64,000 bases of DNA from Camelus ferus (lineage: Eukaryota). Under the pieces are notes generated by a model that made no database searches, was not told where the DNA came from, and was given only the letters and a program-made list of their open reading frames with translations. Of this stretch, positions 52,869 through 64,000 are shown in pieces. The stretch's first letter is position 1. Each line of letters begins with the position of its first letter. The translations under genes and the position numbers were made by a program. Location of the stretch: the NCBI RefSeq assembly GCF_009834535.1, contig NC_045707.1, positions 63,056,001-63,120,000 of the forward strand. Reading direction: 5' to 3'.

Positions 52869-54524
52869 GGGACAAAGACAAGCCATGATACTGTTCTAGA
52901 CGCTCTGTGTAAAGTAGGAGGATGCCATGAATGACAGCATAGAAGAGACAAGGGAACTAGAGGAGACGGACGTGGGGAAAGCACCCAAGAAGAATCAGGC
53001 TTGCCCTGAACCCCTGCACGGTCTAAAAGTGGACGTTGGGGCTGATCCCGACATTGGATCAGCATCTTTGCTCTCTTCCAATTTCCCATTCCTATAAACT
53101 GTTCTGTGTTATGTTCCTAGCAATCCCACAGAGGGATGGCTTCATTCTAATAATGGGATCATTACAATAACAACTCATTGCTCTTGCTCTTCATTTCATA
53201 ATAAATTATACAGATAAATAAAACAACTACGTGGAGGTAAAAGAGAAGTATAAAGACAAATAATACAGTCAGTGTGAATTTCGAATTATGATATAAATAC
53301 TAACTCGAAGAAATGAAAGGAATGGATTATAATAAGCAATTTAAAAGGAGAAACAGCAACACAGTAAGCATGTCAATGTATCGCTACGTTACATGTGTAT
53401 GTTTTATACTTCATGTGTATAAATGAAAGCACGTATTTTTATAATATGTAATCATATGTTAAAAATACAATAAAATTACAAAAAAATACAATGGAAATTT
53501 AAATAAAAAGTCAACTTTTTTACAAAAAACAAGAGTTTATATTTCTGGTAAGACTAGATTCTGCTGTAAGAACTTCTTCTTATGTGTGTATGTATTTTGA
53601 GCACCTGTATCTCCCTAATAATAGCAAGACTGAGGGGAAGAAATAATACTTTTGTTATTTATTTATACCTCACGTTATTTCAAAAAAAGATCAGTGGCTG
53701 TTTAAAACGATGCTCACAAAATAGCAAGAAGACATCAATTAGCACAATGTTAGAAAAGAGTAGGAAAAACAAAATGTGGACATACTTGACTATTTAAATC
53801 TAAATGAAACGATACATAAAAGATGATAATTAGCTTTTTTCTTCAATTCAAAGGAAAACAGAAATAAAGGAGACCTGTTCCACACTGTAGCATGAAGAAT
53901 TGAGATTGGATTCAAGAAATAGCTTTCTGACAGTGAATCGAAATAGGTCACTACCTTATTTGAAGATACTTAGAAACAGAATAGAATCTCATCTTTCTCT
54001 GCTCCTTGAGCGTTAACCCTGCCCAAGGGATGGTTTGATGACCCACCAAGGCCTCTCCCTTCTGGCCTTATAATTATCTAATTCTATGGAGAATATTGCC
54101 TCGCCCATTCTTTAAACAGCCAGTCTGGTAAAGAAAAGATGGCCGGAAAACAGAATTAAAAGTGTGGCCTGAGTTTCAGTATCTGGCATACTGTTGTACT
54201 GGCAGTTATGATTATAATTTAATCACACTTGGAATTATTACATGATACAGTTTAAAGCAGTTAAAATTGGTGCTACAAACTCTTAGGTTCAAATTTTCTC
54301 TTTACCATACAAGACACAAATAAATTTAACAATTGTACCAGCAGACTGAAATCAGACTGTGTAGAAACTATACTATGATAGTTTAACTTCATAGAAGTGA
54401 TTCTTCTATATTCTCTTTGTAATTTGTCTTTATTCACATTTTTATAACAGCTGAAACCAGAGCGTAAGTTGCTAAACAAGTACCTGGACCCAAATAGTTC
54501 CTCGGAGGAGAATATATATTTTAC

Positions 54525-54613
54525 CTGATTTGTTGGACACCCAAATAATTGCTTCTGAAGACACATGGCTTCTATTTCCTACCACAATAGTTAATGGAAT
54601 CTGCCACAGGTAA
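54525..54613 (-). CDS. TRHDE: TRHDE coding exon (89 nt, probable exon 10): (S)YLWQIPLTIVVGNRSHVSSEAIIWVSNKS(E)
   Basis: Boundaries ttttgcag|TTACCTGTGG...AAATCAG|gtaaaa. Contains the LWxIP motif typical of M1 aminopeptidases. Phase 2/1 fits both neighbours. Confidence 0.95.
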
Positions 54614-56126
54614 CTGCAAAATAAAAGAGAAACTTTGAGAATAAAAATGGTTATAACGAATTAACAAATTCCATTTCCCATCCACCTTCCGGGTGATTTT
54701 TATTATTCTCTTTAGAAGAATTTTTTAAATTCCCCAGTCATAAATGTAAGCGAATAAGTCAAGATGAATTCACTAGTTCAATGCCACTAAGCAGACCTGG
54801 TCTCTAAGAGTTTTAATTTCAATACAAAAGGGGGACTACCAACAAAACAGTTTATCTTGAGGGGAAAAAAAGGAGATTTACATTTTGCATTAGGAATAAA
54901 AAGTAGCTAAAATCTATAAATCTGAGCCACATCATCTATTGATTAAAGTCTCAAAATAACTCCTTTCTACTTGATTCTATATTAGATTAATGCACATTTC
55001 AGTGGTTTCATGTATTTGCATTTCAACATGCTCCTTACTTATTTGTCTAACTGTTCTTAAGAAACACTTCTGCAGTATTTATAGAAAGGTAAATGCAGCA
55101 CACCTAAAGTTAGTCAACAAGGCAGAAACAAAAAGCAAAACTAACCAGATCCCCCCAAATCCAGATCAACACAAAGAACACGGTGAGACACACTTAATGC
55201 TTTGTTTTCTGAAATGGAATTTCCAACCTGATGTGTGAAACCATCCACCAATGGGCAGGGATCTGTCATGAGTCTTGGTTATCAAGGAGAAGCATTTTCT
55301 AGAATTAGACTTTTATAGGATTTAAAATTCGAGGCCTAAACTTGTACATGAAGTAATATCAATCTAGTCTCAAATGAGTTGCCAGAGATAAGCTGGATCA
55401 TCTTACAATAAAATCCAGTGACTACATTTTGTTTCCATGAAACGCAGCCAGATTATGTTGACCCATCTTTACACCATTAGCAACAGGAACAGCCAACAAT
55501 ACGCAGTATGTGAAAAATATTTTTGATTTGAAAAAATGTAAAAAGGGATGCCATATGAACTCCATAACTGTCAGAGTGAAGGAAGAATTAAGAATTTTTC
55601 AGGGAACATGTCTGGGTTGTAGACCTAAAAATAGAAATGAACATTCTGTTTTTCCTTTGGTGAGGTCAGAGGGGAGGACATCTCCAAATTTGTCATATGG
55701 AATTTGATTATTTTATCATTTCATGTTTCCCAGTCACAATAAACAGAATTTAGTAATAATAAAAAACCCAAAAGGAAGATTGGAAGAAATTCTTAGTTTT
55801 ATACCAAGTGCTATCTCCAACATGGAAAGTTAAAATAGTATGTTTAAGATTCTGAATCTTAAGAGTATACGGCTGTACTTAATCAGAGATACATCTTTGA
55901 GTACCAGCTATGTGGAGACCTTATGCTGTGCTGCAATGAACTGCACACAACCGGTCAGGAAATAAGCCACCTACAGCAGCCAAACAGGTGTGTCTGTGGG
56001 GTAGACATTGGTGAACACATCTTATGCAAGCTCTTTAACAAATACCTCCAAGCTCGTAATATGATACCAAGAATATTTCACAAATACTTAATAATGGATT
56101 TACTGTGAGGAAGACAGAGAACTGAG

Positions 56127-56167
56127 ATATATATATATATATTATATATATATAATATATATATATA
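56127..56167. repeat. Interrupted (TA)n microsatellite
   Basis: atatatatatatatattatatatatataatatatatatata. Confidence 0.9.
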
Positions 56168-59100
56168 CTCAACAGCCATGCTCTAAAAAAACAGACGTTC
56201 TCTTTTTGATTAATTGAAATAATCAGTTGAGCAACAACTGTGCCTGACTCTGTATCTGTTTCTCAAATCAAACTGTGAACTCATTCTTGTGTACCTAAGA
56301 TCTTGCAAAGGCCTGGAAATGAAAGGCACTCCAGAAATTGCTGTTGAAATAAATCGAATGCGATTGGATTGAAGTCAAAAAAAAAAAAAAATCAATCAAT
56401 ACATAAGACAGAGGTTAGTTTTTGTGAATTTGACTTTCTAGTACAATTAAGTATCTGTTAAAAGGTAAGAAATATATAAAACTAAAATGTTTAAAACTCT
56501 TCCACGATAAATGTGTCTTTTTATAGCATGATCATAAAATGTTTGTAAAATATTATTTGCCCCTAATGTAAACAAACATAATTTTACATTTATTTAAGCT
56601 GTATTCTTCTAAATAATGAAACTAGACATTGTAATACAAATTGATATGTTTTGATATTTGAGTTTTAGCAAAAGTCTCTAAAGCCCAGAAAAAAGAGATT
56701 CCTATACCTGCCTGTTGTTGACAGTTCATTCCTAAATTGGAATTCGTAAACTGGAAACGTCCTAAGTGGCAAACATTTCATGGTATAGCAATATCAGATG
56801 CAAAAAAAAAAGGTTAACTTTGAGGTATTCGGATATAAATTGGGGCATTTTGTAAAATTTTTAAAAATAGCCTTCTATATTTTTCCTCAGAATGACTTTG
56901 CACTCGATTCTACATGTCCATGTGTGTGTGTACATTCATATATACACACACACACACACAAAATAAAAATTATAAATTAACAAGCAGATCTGAAGTTTGT
57001 ATTCATTTCTGAATTGCTATACTATTAATACTATATGTTATTTTTCATAACTTTCCAAATAATACATAAGTAGTCTTTTCATCTTTTCATTTTAAAATCA
57101 AAGAGAGCATGGCAATTATGTTGCTTTATGATTACAACTTAAAAGGCTAGAAGACCCTAAACATTGTGGGTGAAAAGCTCTGTGAGGTGTGCTGTAAAAA
57201 AAAACCTAAGACCGCAGCAGATTATATTTAAAAACAGAGTAGTAAAAGGAACTCGTAAAATCAGATTGTGCCCTAGCCCCTTAAGTTTAACTCGAATTTT
57301 AGTAGTATCTTATTTTAAGCAAAAAAAAAAAAAAAAAAAAAAAAACCCAAAAAACAAAACAAGCATTTCAAAAGACCCTCGAGATTTTTTTTTCTTAAAT
57401 AGTCTTCATCAGGAGGTCACATTTTTTGTAATAAAGCAATGTTTACTCTAATGATTATGACTCAATAGAAAAGAATAGGTGCTTATTTTAGCTCGAGTGA
57501 AAAAAACTTTTTTAAATGGTACCAATGTTAGCGAAGCATTCATGTAGATTCCATGAAAATTGCTCAGAGGTTACTGTCATCGGACCAAAAACAAAAGGAG
57601 ATAAATGTAATTCTCTGTAGCACAGGACCCTGAGAATCTTCTTCAATGTAGGAGGAGACATTACTAAACTTTATAACGTATTAACTTTATAAAGAAAAAA
57701 CAGCTACGTAAATAAATCCACAACTTTCCAAATACTAAAATTCTAGCAAATATTTTATTCACTTTCACATATCAAGTAAGCATATACAATTATTATATAA
57801 AGACCTTTCCTTTTTCTGCTGTAACGCAGCTACTACATGTGAAAAATATTACTATGGCATACCTTAAAAATGTTCTAGGCGTGTTGTAGTGATAGTCTAA
57901 AGTCTTTTACAAAATTAAAGATAAAGCATTGATTATACTGTCAGAGAAAATACCCACAATTCATGGGATTTCTGGCATAAATGGCCACTGTGTTTTAAGG
58001 CATCAACTGTCTGCATCACATGATAAAGAACTAAGCAGGCTCAGACAAAGGGCAAGTGGAAGTGGTACTGAAGCTTTGAGAACAACGTCGTAGTGAATTG
58101 AATGATCAAGAATATACAGTTGAATGCTAAAATTTCAACTGCAAGCACTGTTTCTTCAAAATAAGGTAGAAGGTGAATTTTGAGATTGGAAGGATGCCAT
58201 GCATTAACTCAGTCTTCAGATTTTCTATGCCAAGTTCTCAGGGCTCAAAATCACCCATACAATGATTTTAGAAGTCCAGCAAAAGCAAAGCTCTGTAGAT
58301 GTGACACAGTCCTACACAGCCTGGGAGAAATTCTTCCTTTAAAGAGCCAGACTCATGGCGGATACATCTGATTAGGCCAACAGAGTATTTTTGTTCAGAA
58401 TCTGTTCTGTCATCTGCGTGTCCTTTATGTTTTTCTGCATCAGTGATGCTGATGTCAGGCCGATCACTCTCAAAGGCACGGCCTGAATCTCTCTAACTTC
58501 GCCACAGTCAGGAAGTTTTCATGTACTTTCTGGCAAGGCCAGGGTTGGTGTCTAAGCAGGTTTAACCTGAGACCAAAGTGGGTGGTCAGAAGCAGCGTTT
58601 GGCAGCTGTGGGGAATCCAGGCTGGGTGAGGAAGGGCTGACAGTCAGCCCCTGACAGCAGGGCGGGATAATACCGTATTCCACGCGTCCAAACCGTTGGA
58701 TTGAAAGGGCATTTTGTTAAAGGCCATTCTACGCATTGAGCGGGAGATTGAAGACAATGCTTTCTTAAGTGGGTTCCAAATTTAGTTATTAGAAAACATT
58801 TATGAATTTCTCAGTCACGTCTACCTATAGCCTGGCTTGGAGTTAGCCTTCTTGGGATGATTTCCATTCCTCTTAGAGATAACGAAGAAAGCTGGATGCG
58901 TCCTTCACATCTAGATTCTGGTAGATGATAAAACCTGATTCCTAATATTCCAAAGTAAAGGGAGACAGCATGACCAGCCTAATCCAACACCTCATTTTAT
59001 TTACTGACTTTACCCTCCATCCCCCTGTCCCCGCCTCCCTACCTCTTACCAGGCTACTTTTGAAAAACTAAAATGAAACGATTTAAGTTCTGCTATCTTT

Positions 59101-59799
59101 CCTTGGCTCAGCTTTAATAAAGCACCAAACAGTAGGAAAACACGAGATAGAAAAGAAACACCATTGCTGACTTCTCAGTAATTAAGTAAGAGTTTCAAAA
59201 GAAAGTTAAAGTAACAACAAATCAAATTCCATGTATGTTGCCTGTTTAGTGGTTTTTAAACACTACAAGTGAAGGAAAAGGACATACATTGATGGTAAGT
59301 GGCACTGATACCCAGACCATTTTAAAGCAGACCTAGCTTGAGTTCCTTTGGCTCAGAATATTCAGTCTGTGGCGTTTTGTTTGTTTTAACTCATCTTTCT
59401 GGATTGTTAGTTTCTGTTCTCATCTATTTCATAAATCTCAAAACCAGTCTTAATTCACTTCAAAGCATTAACTTTCTTGAATTTAATTCAATAAACATTT
59501 ACAGGGAAAAGTAAAAAAAAAAAAAAATCACACATTATTTTTGTAAATGACCATGATAATTTAAATTTAAATTAAATTTAAATTCTCTTCTCAAACAAAA
59601 TAACCTTGATAGTCAAACTATCTGGAAATGGGAGTCAAAGAGGACTCAAAATGAAAATACCATATGTAAATAAAGAAATGAAAACCCTATCTCATGTGCA
59701 TTTCATAATTCTGTTACCAATGCTTTTAAAAATGTTAAAAATGCAAAGTGAAACATCAAAAATGATAGCAATTTTTTTTTATGTGAAAAAGAGCTGTAC

Positions 59800-59987
59800 C
59801 TGTTATTTTGAAGTTCATGTGCTTTAGTTTTAGCACTGATGTCATAAATAAAATGTTGTTGGGTAATTATTATTCTATTTTCTGCTGTTATATTTCCCAG
59901 GATGGTGATAACAGGGTAACCCATCTGGAGTGTCCACTGATCCATTACTTCTTGTATATTTACATATTTTCCATTCCTTTTTAAAGC
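59800..59987 (-). CDS. TRHDE: TRHDE coding exon (188 nt, probable exon 9): ALKRNGKYVNIQEVMDQWTLQMGYPVITILGNITAENRIIITQQHFIYDISAKTKAHELQNN(S)
   Basis: Lies within ORF 59703..60026. Acceptor ataaag|GCT, donor AACAG|gtacag. Contains the M1 aminopeptidase motif WxxQxGYP. Phase 0/2. Confidence 0.96.
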
Positions 59988-60618
59988 CTTTATAACCAAA
60001 ATTGTATATGTTAGTTTGATAAACATGATTTACAAACATAATTAACATGAAACCATTTTCAGGTTTACCTTTATGATTTACATACGTATGAAAACATTTA
60101 AACTCAGTGAAACTAATATAATGTGTTAGTAAAATCAGCTTCTTTCCTTAACTTAAGCTTCATGCATATATACATAGAAATAAAAGCTTTATTAACATTA
60201 AAGTTTATACCTAATGGAAGAGAAAACATACTTTATTGTAAAGCAAGTACTTGCAGCATCATTAAGTATCCTTAGTATGTCTAATATTAAATTTAAATAT
60301 TTGTTATTCATTTATAGAAAAAAATTCTTTAACATCAATATTCCTCTCAAACATGACACCATATTAAAATTATATTTCAGAAGCAGTATTATTTTTGAAG
60401 TAGGTAAGGTGTCTTTTACTACCATCTTTAGTTGGAGTAATTTTAAACCTCATTATCTTTATAATACATCAAATGCAAAACAAGAAAGCAATCTGAAGAA
60501 AAGGGAAATACGAAAAGTAAAAACAAACTGTCAGTGTCAATAAAAGTTATGAATGTTTTATAAACTCAATTCAAATATTCAAGAAGAGGTTTTGGCATTC
60601 AAGCTTTCTGTGCCTTAC

Positions 60619-60684
60619 CTCTGACAGTGTGTTCCAGAGATCATTTCTGGCAGCATTGCCATACTTATGAATGGTTAAGTAATC
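60619..60684 (-). CDS. TRHDE: TRHDE internal coding exon (66 nt, probable exon 8): DYLTIHKYGNAARNDLWNTLSE
   Basis: Reverse complement reads tcgtag|GATTACTTAACC...CTGTCAGAG|gtaagg. Phase 0/0. Peptide matches the recalled mammalian TRHDE sequence. Too short for the ORF track. Confidence 0.95.
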
Positions 60685-63244
60685 CTACGAAGAATATAAA
60701 ATTATCATTTCAATTCAAATGCTAAGCAATTTCCAGTAAACACATTTATTGCTCCATTCAGGTAAACATTTCCATTGGTTGGAATCGCATTAACACAAAG
60801 AGAAAGACATGAAAAAAAAATAAGGAATCTCATTTAAAAATATTCCAAAGAGATTTAACTATAGCATATTTCTCAATCAAATGATCAGGCACTACTAATC
60901 CCTTAAAAATTATTTTCATAGTCGTCATTACTTCTTATGGATTTCTAGGGTCAAAGATCTTCCTCTAATTTAGCAAGTCAAACTCAAGCAATTTTGAAGA
61001 AACTATCTCTGCAGTGAAATATTTACGGGAAACTTTCCCAGGAGGCTTTCATGTTGAAGTGCTAAAAAAAAATTCTGTTTTATGGAAAACAAAACAAAAC
61101 AAACAAACAAAAAAACCTGACCAACATATACTGATATGTAGAGGGATTATTTTGCTAAAAAGTTAATGACTCTCTCCACGCCCTACCCAGTTCCCTAGTC
61201 TCTCTGCAAAGGACAGGCTGCCTAATAAAAAAAAAAAAGATACATACTTATTTTTATGAATGTCAAACACATATTAATATTTAATAAGAAAAAGTCAATC
61301 CTAAATTTAATATTTTTAAGCTTAGGATTCCCCATTATTAATCATTAGTAAACCAAACACTTTCTACCTGATTCATGTCTGTTCCCCTTTAAGAAGCATG
61401 AAACCATGCCTCCTGTCATTGTGAATGTGTCATTTAGTCATAGCTATTTGACATTGTTTTTTTTCTGAATCGAAAGTGGAAGAGTCAGTAGAAAGCAGTG
61501 TTTTACATTATGAAATGAGTTTCCCCTCCATCTGAAATTCCATCATCTCTACAACATGTAGGTAGGAGACAAAAATCCCAATTTACATCACAGTACTAAA
61601 ACTGAAAAAAAAAAAATTGTTTTTTGCCGCTTTCCTTCAGTGCTTTATGTAAAGCAGAATACTTCGGGGATAATTAAAGCTGGGGAAGCAAATTTTCTGA
61701 AATACAAATCGTAGCACCTGTGACAGACTCAGACTCAGCTTCCTTGGCAACTCACAGCACAGCAAGTGGCAACTCCCACTTAATCAGACTCCTGGAGACA
61801 CCAAGACCAACCCTAACTTAGCAACCGCAAATCCACTGTCATCATCAGGTGATATGAATAACTTTATTGAAAAGAGACAACCCTGAATAACCAATCTGAA
61901 TCCCAGTTTTGGCTTTATGTGCCATATGAAGCACTTTTAATTAGAACTCAGAGACTAGGACGTAACTAAATTATTTCAGACTTAGTTGTCAATTATCTTT
62001 TATGCTTCCTTAGGACTTCAATGAATAAATTTGGAAACAACAGGAATCGTGAGACATAAATTTGAATTTTATTTTACTGATGCTATAATTAAAAAGTATT
62101 AAAGTTAGAACTATTTACTACTGGGTTTTGTTTATGGGTAGTGTTGCTAGGATAACCCAAAAGAGAGAACAAAGGAAAACTACATAGACCTTGAAAGCTC
62201 CAATACATGACTACAGGTTTCTCTTCACAGACAGGCATAAAAATCCAACTGTTCATGATACGAGTTGACCTTGACCCGGTCTTGATCACCAATTTGAGCT
62301 CTTGGTTCCCTCCCTAATTCAGAATGAAGTTCAAGTTTATGTTTCAAACAGGCTGAAATGGCAATCACCCAGGCTTAGGAAGCAGCTCCAATTTGCCTAC
62401 CTCGGTGTCCAAGGCAGACAGCACGTCTTCTCGGACTCCCACCCAACCCAGTGTTGGGGTGTTACTGGAATTCTAAACATGTCACCTCTTTTTTTCCACA
62501 ATAAAACCCAAATGTTTTCCTTAGCTCTGTTAGCCTTCCTCTTACACAAAATGGTCATATTTTGAATTGAGGGTATTTGGCTTTGTCTTGGTAGAATTAC
62601 AAAAAAAACTTAAAGAACAGTGAATGTGGTTTTTCTTTTTTTCTTTTTCTTTTTCTTTTCTTTTTTTTTTTTTGATGGTCAGTCATTTATTTACTTATTC
62701 CACACAGTGTATGGTGCACTTTGCATGTGCCAGGTAGCTTTCAAGGTGCTAGGGAAACAGAGGTAGAAAAAAGGTTACTGAAAACAACTGCAAACACTGA
62801 GATGTGATTTGTGTAGGAAGGTTTCTGTGATTAAAACTGTGGAATTCTTGGGATAATAACCACTTGACAAGATGAATCAAACATTCAGTATGAGATTAGA
62901 TAAGCAGACTTTTAAGTTCCTTTCAAACCTCCAAGTCAATGAACATGGAAATGGCTGGAGTTAACGGACCTGAAATGGAAATTTATATTTACATTTGCGT
63001 GTATGGAAGCCAATCAGCAATAGACTGGACATTATAATATTGAAGTAGAAGAATGGTTTAATATTAACTGTAAAGAGAATTGTGGGTTCTCTACCCAAAA
63101 TATTTCAGAAAGAGTACAGTTTTTATAGAAGAATAAAACAAAGGTGACCACTAGAATATTCTTAAGGAACAAAACCAACAATGTCAACCAATTAGACGTT
63201 TAAAGCATGTTAAGCAAAAGTATATTCTGATAAAGTGCAGGAAT

Positions 63245-63478
63245 GGGAGCCTGACTGTCTTTGTCCAAATCCAGGCTCCAATGCTCCCTAGCTATGATCT
63301 TCAGCAGGTTACTTACCCTCTTTGTGCCTGTCTTCACATCTATAAAATATGGATAATAAAAGTATGTGATGCACAGAGTTTTTCTGAGAAATAAATGATT
63401 TAATATCTGTACACAGTTAAAAAAGTGAAGCATGCCTAACACAGTACTGTCTGTTCTGTAGATGTCAGCTGCTATCAC
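63245..63478 (+). mobile_element. MIR SINE; the vic-1-like SINE is inserted at its 3' end
   Basis: CAAATCCAGGCTCC...CTAGCTATGATCTTCAGCAGGTTACTTACCCTCTTTGTGCCTGTCTTCACATCTATAAAAT. Explains ORF 63200..63478. Confidence 0.8.
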
Positions 63479-63480
63479 CT

Positions 63481-63628
63481 CTTTTTTTAATTTTAATTTT
63501 TTTTAATTCTTTTTGCTGGGGGAGGTAATTAGGTTTTTATTTATTTATTTTAATGGAGGTACTGGAGATTGAACCCAGAACTTAGTGCATGCTAGTCACG
63601 TGCTCTACCACTGAGCTATACCCTCCCC
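63481..63628 (-). mobile_element. tRNA-Ala-derived SINE, camelid vic-1-like (long form) with target-site duplication
   Basis: Reverse complement GGGGAGGGTATAGCTCAGTGGTAGAGCACG...GGGTTCAATCTCCAGTACCTCCA, then AAATAAATAAAAACCTAATTACCTCCCCC and an A-rich tail. TSD agctgctatca(c/t)ct at 63467-63480 and 63630-63643. Confidence 0.88.
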
Positions 63629-64000
63629 TAGCTGCTATCATCTTTTTAATCATTTCAGGCTACAGGCTGGAAAATGGAATAACAAAAGGAAAAGCATCAT
63701 TAATAAAAATTAAAGAACATACTACATGAAAACAATACTATCTGCCTTCCTTTTAGCGCTGTGTAAGTTGCTGTATATTTCATTTCATTCAATCTCATGA
63801 CGTGTATGAGCTAGACGTTAACATCATCATTTAAGAAATCAAAACACTGGAACTCAGAGACCCCAGTCCTCGTCCAAACCCTACACCTGTGCACACAATT
63901 GCTGACCCAAATCCAGTATCTACGAGATGACACACAGTTAACTGAGTCATGCTCAAAGCTGAGCTCATTGTCCTCCCCCATACTGAGACAGGAAGGGGGC

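Noticed and set aside
59555..59584. AT-only palindromic run (aatttaaatttaaattaaatttaaatt)
   Set aside because: Low-complexity sequence expected in AT-rich DNA; no evidence of a functional hairpin.
59703..60026. 107-aa ORF as a stand-alone gene
   Set aside because: Only 59800-59987 is exon; the flanks are intronic read-through bounded by splice sites.
1..64000. A novel multi-gene system, nested gene, processed pseudogene, snoRNA/miRNA or endogenous viral coding sequence
   Set aside because: None recognised on either strand. Everything identifiable is TRHDE exon, known repeat class or featureless intron. An Infernal/Rfam scan and BLASTX of repeat-masked introns would be needed to exclude small or diverged elements.

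Overview
AT-rich mammalian genomic DNA lying wholly inside one gene on the minus strand: TRHDE (thyrotropin-releasing hormone-degrading ectoenzyme / pyroglutamyl peptidase II, an M1-family zinc aminopeptidase). Eight consecutive internal coding exons can be read directly (66, 188, 89, 134, 56, 148, 98 and 108 nt; 887 nt total). All have GT-AG boundaries and compatible phases, and they splice into an uninterrupted frame from DYLTIHKYGNAARNDLW to DWISSNRN. From recall of the human gene these are probably exons 8-15 of 19. The catalytic HEXXH region and both gene ends lie outside the window. The introns hold ordinary mammalian repeats: L1, L2, CR1/L3, MIR, MaLR LTRs, hAT and Tigger DNA transposons, and microsatellites. 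Two tRNA-Ala-derived SINEs resembling the camelid vic-1 family suggest a camel, alpaca or llama genome (inference). Nearly all ORFs in the supplied track are noise, repeat-derived, or exon read-throughs. I found no convincing previously undescribed biological system. The leads most worth checking are splice-related (a weak exon-14 donor with a short in-frame extension, and an atypical exon-9 acceptor), a fossil hAT transposase, recent insertions with target-site duplications, and a few weak regulatory motif candidates. Repeat family names and boundaries are by eye and need RepeatMasker/Dfam confirmation.
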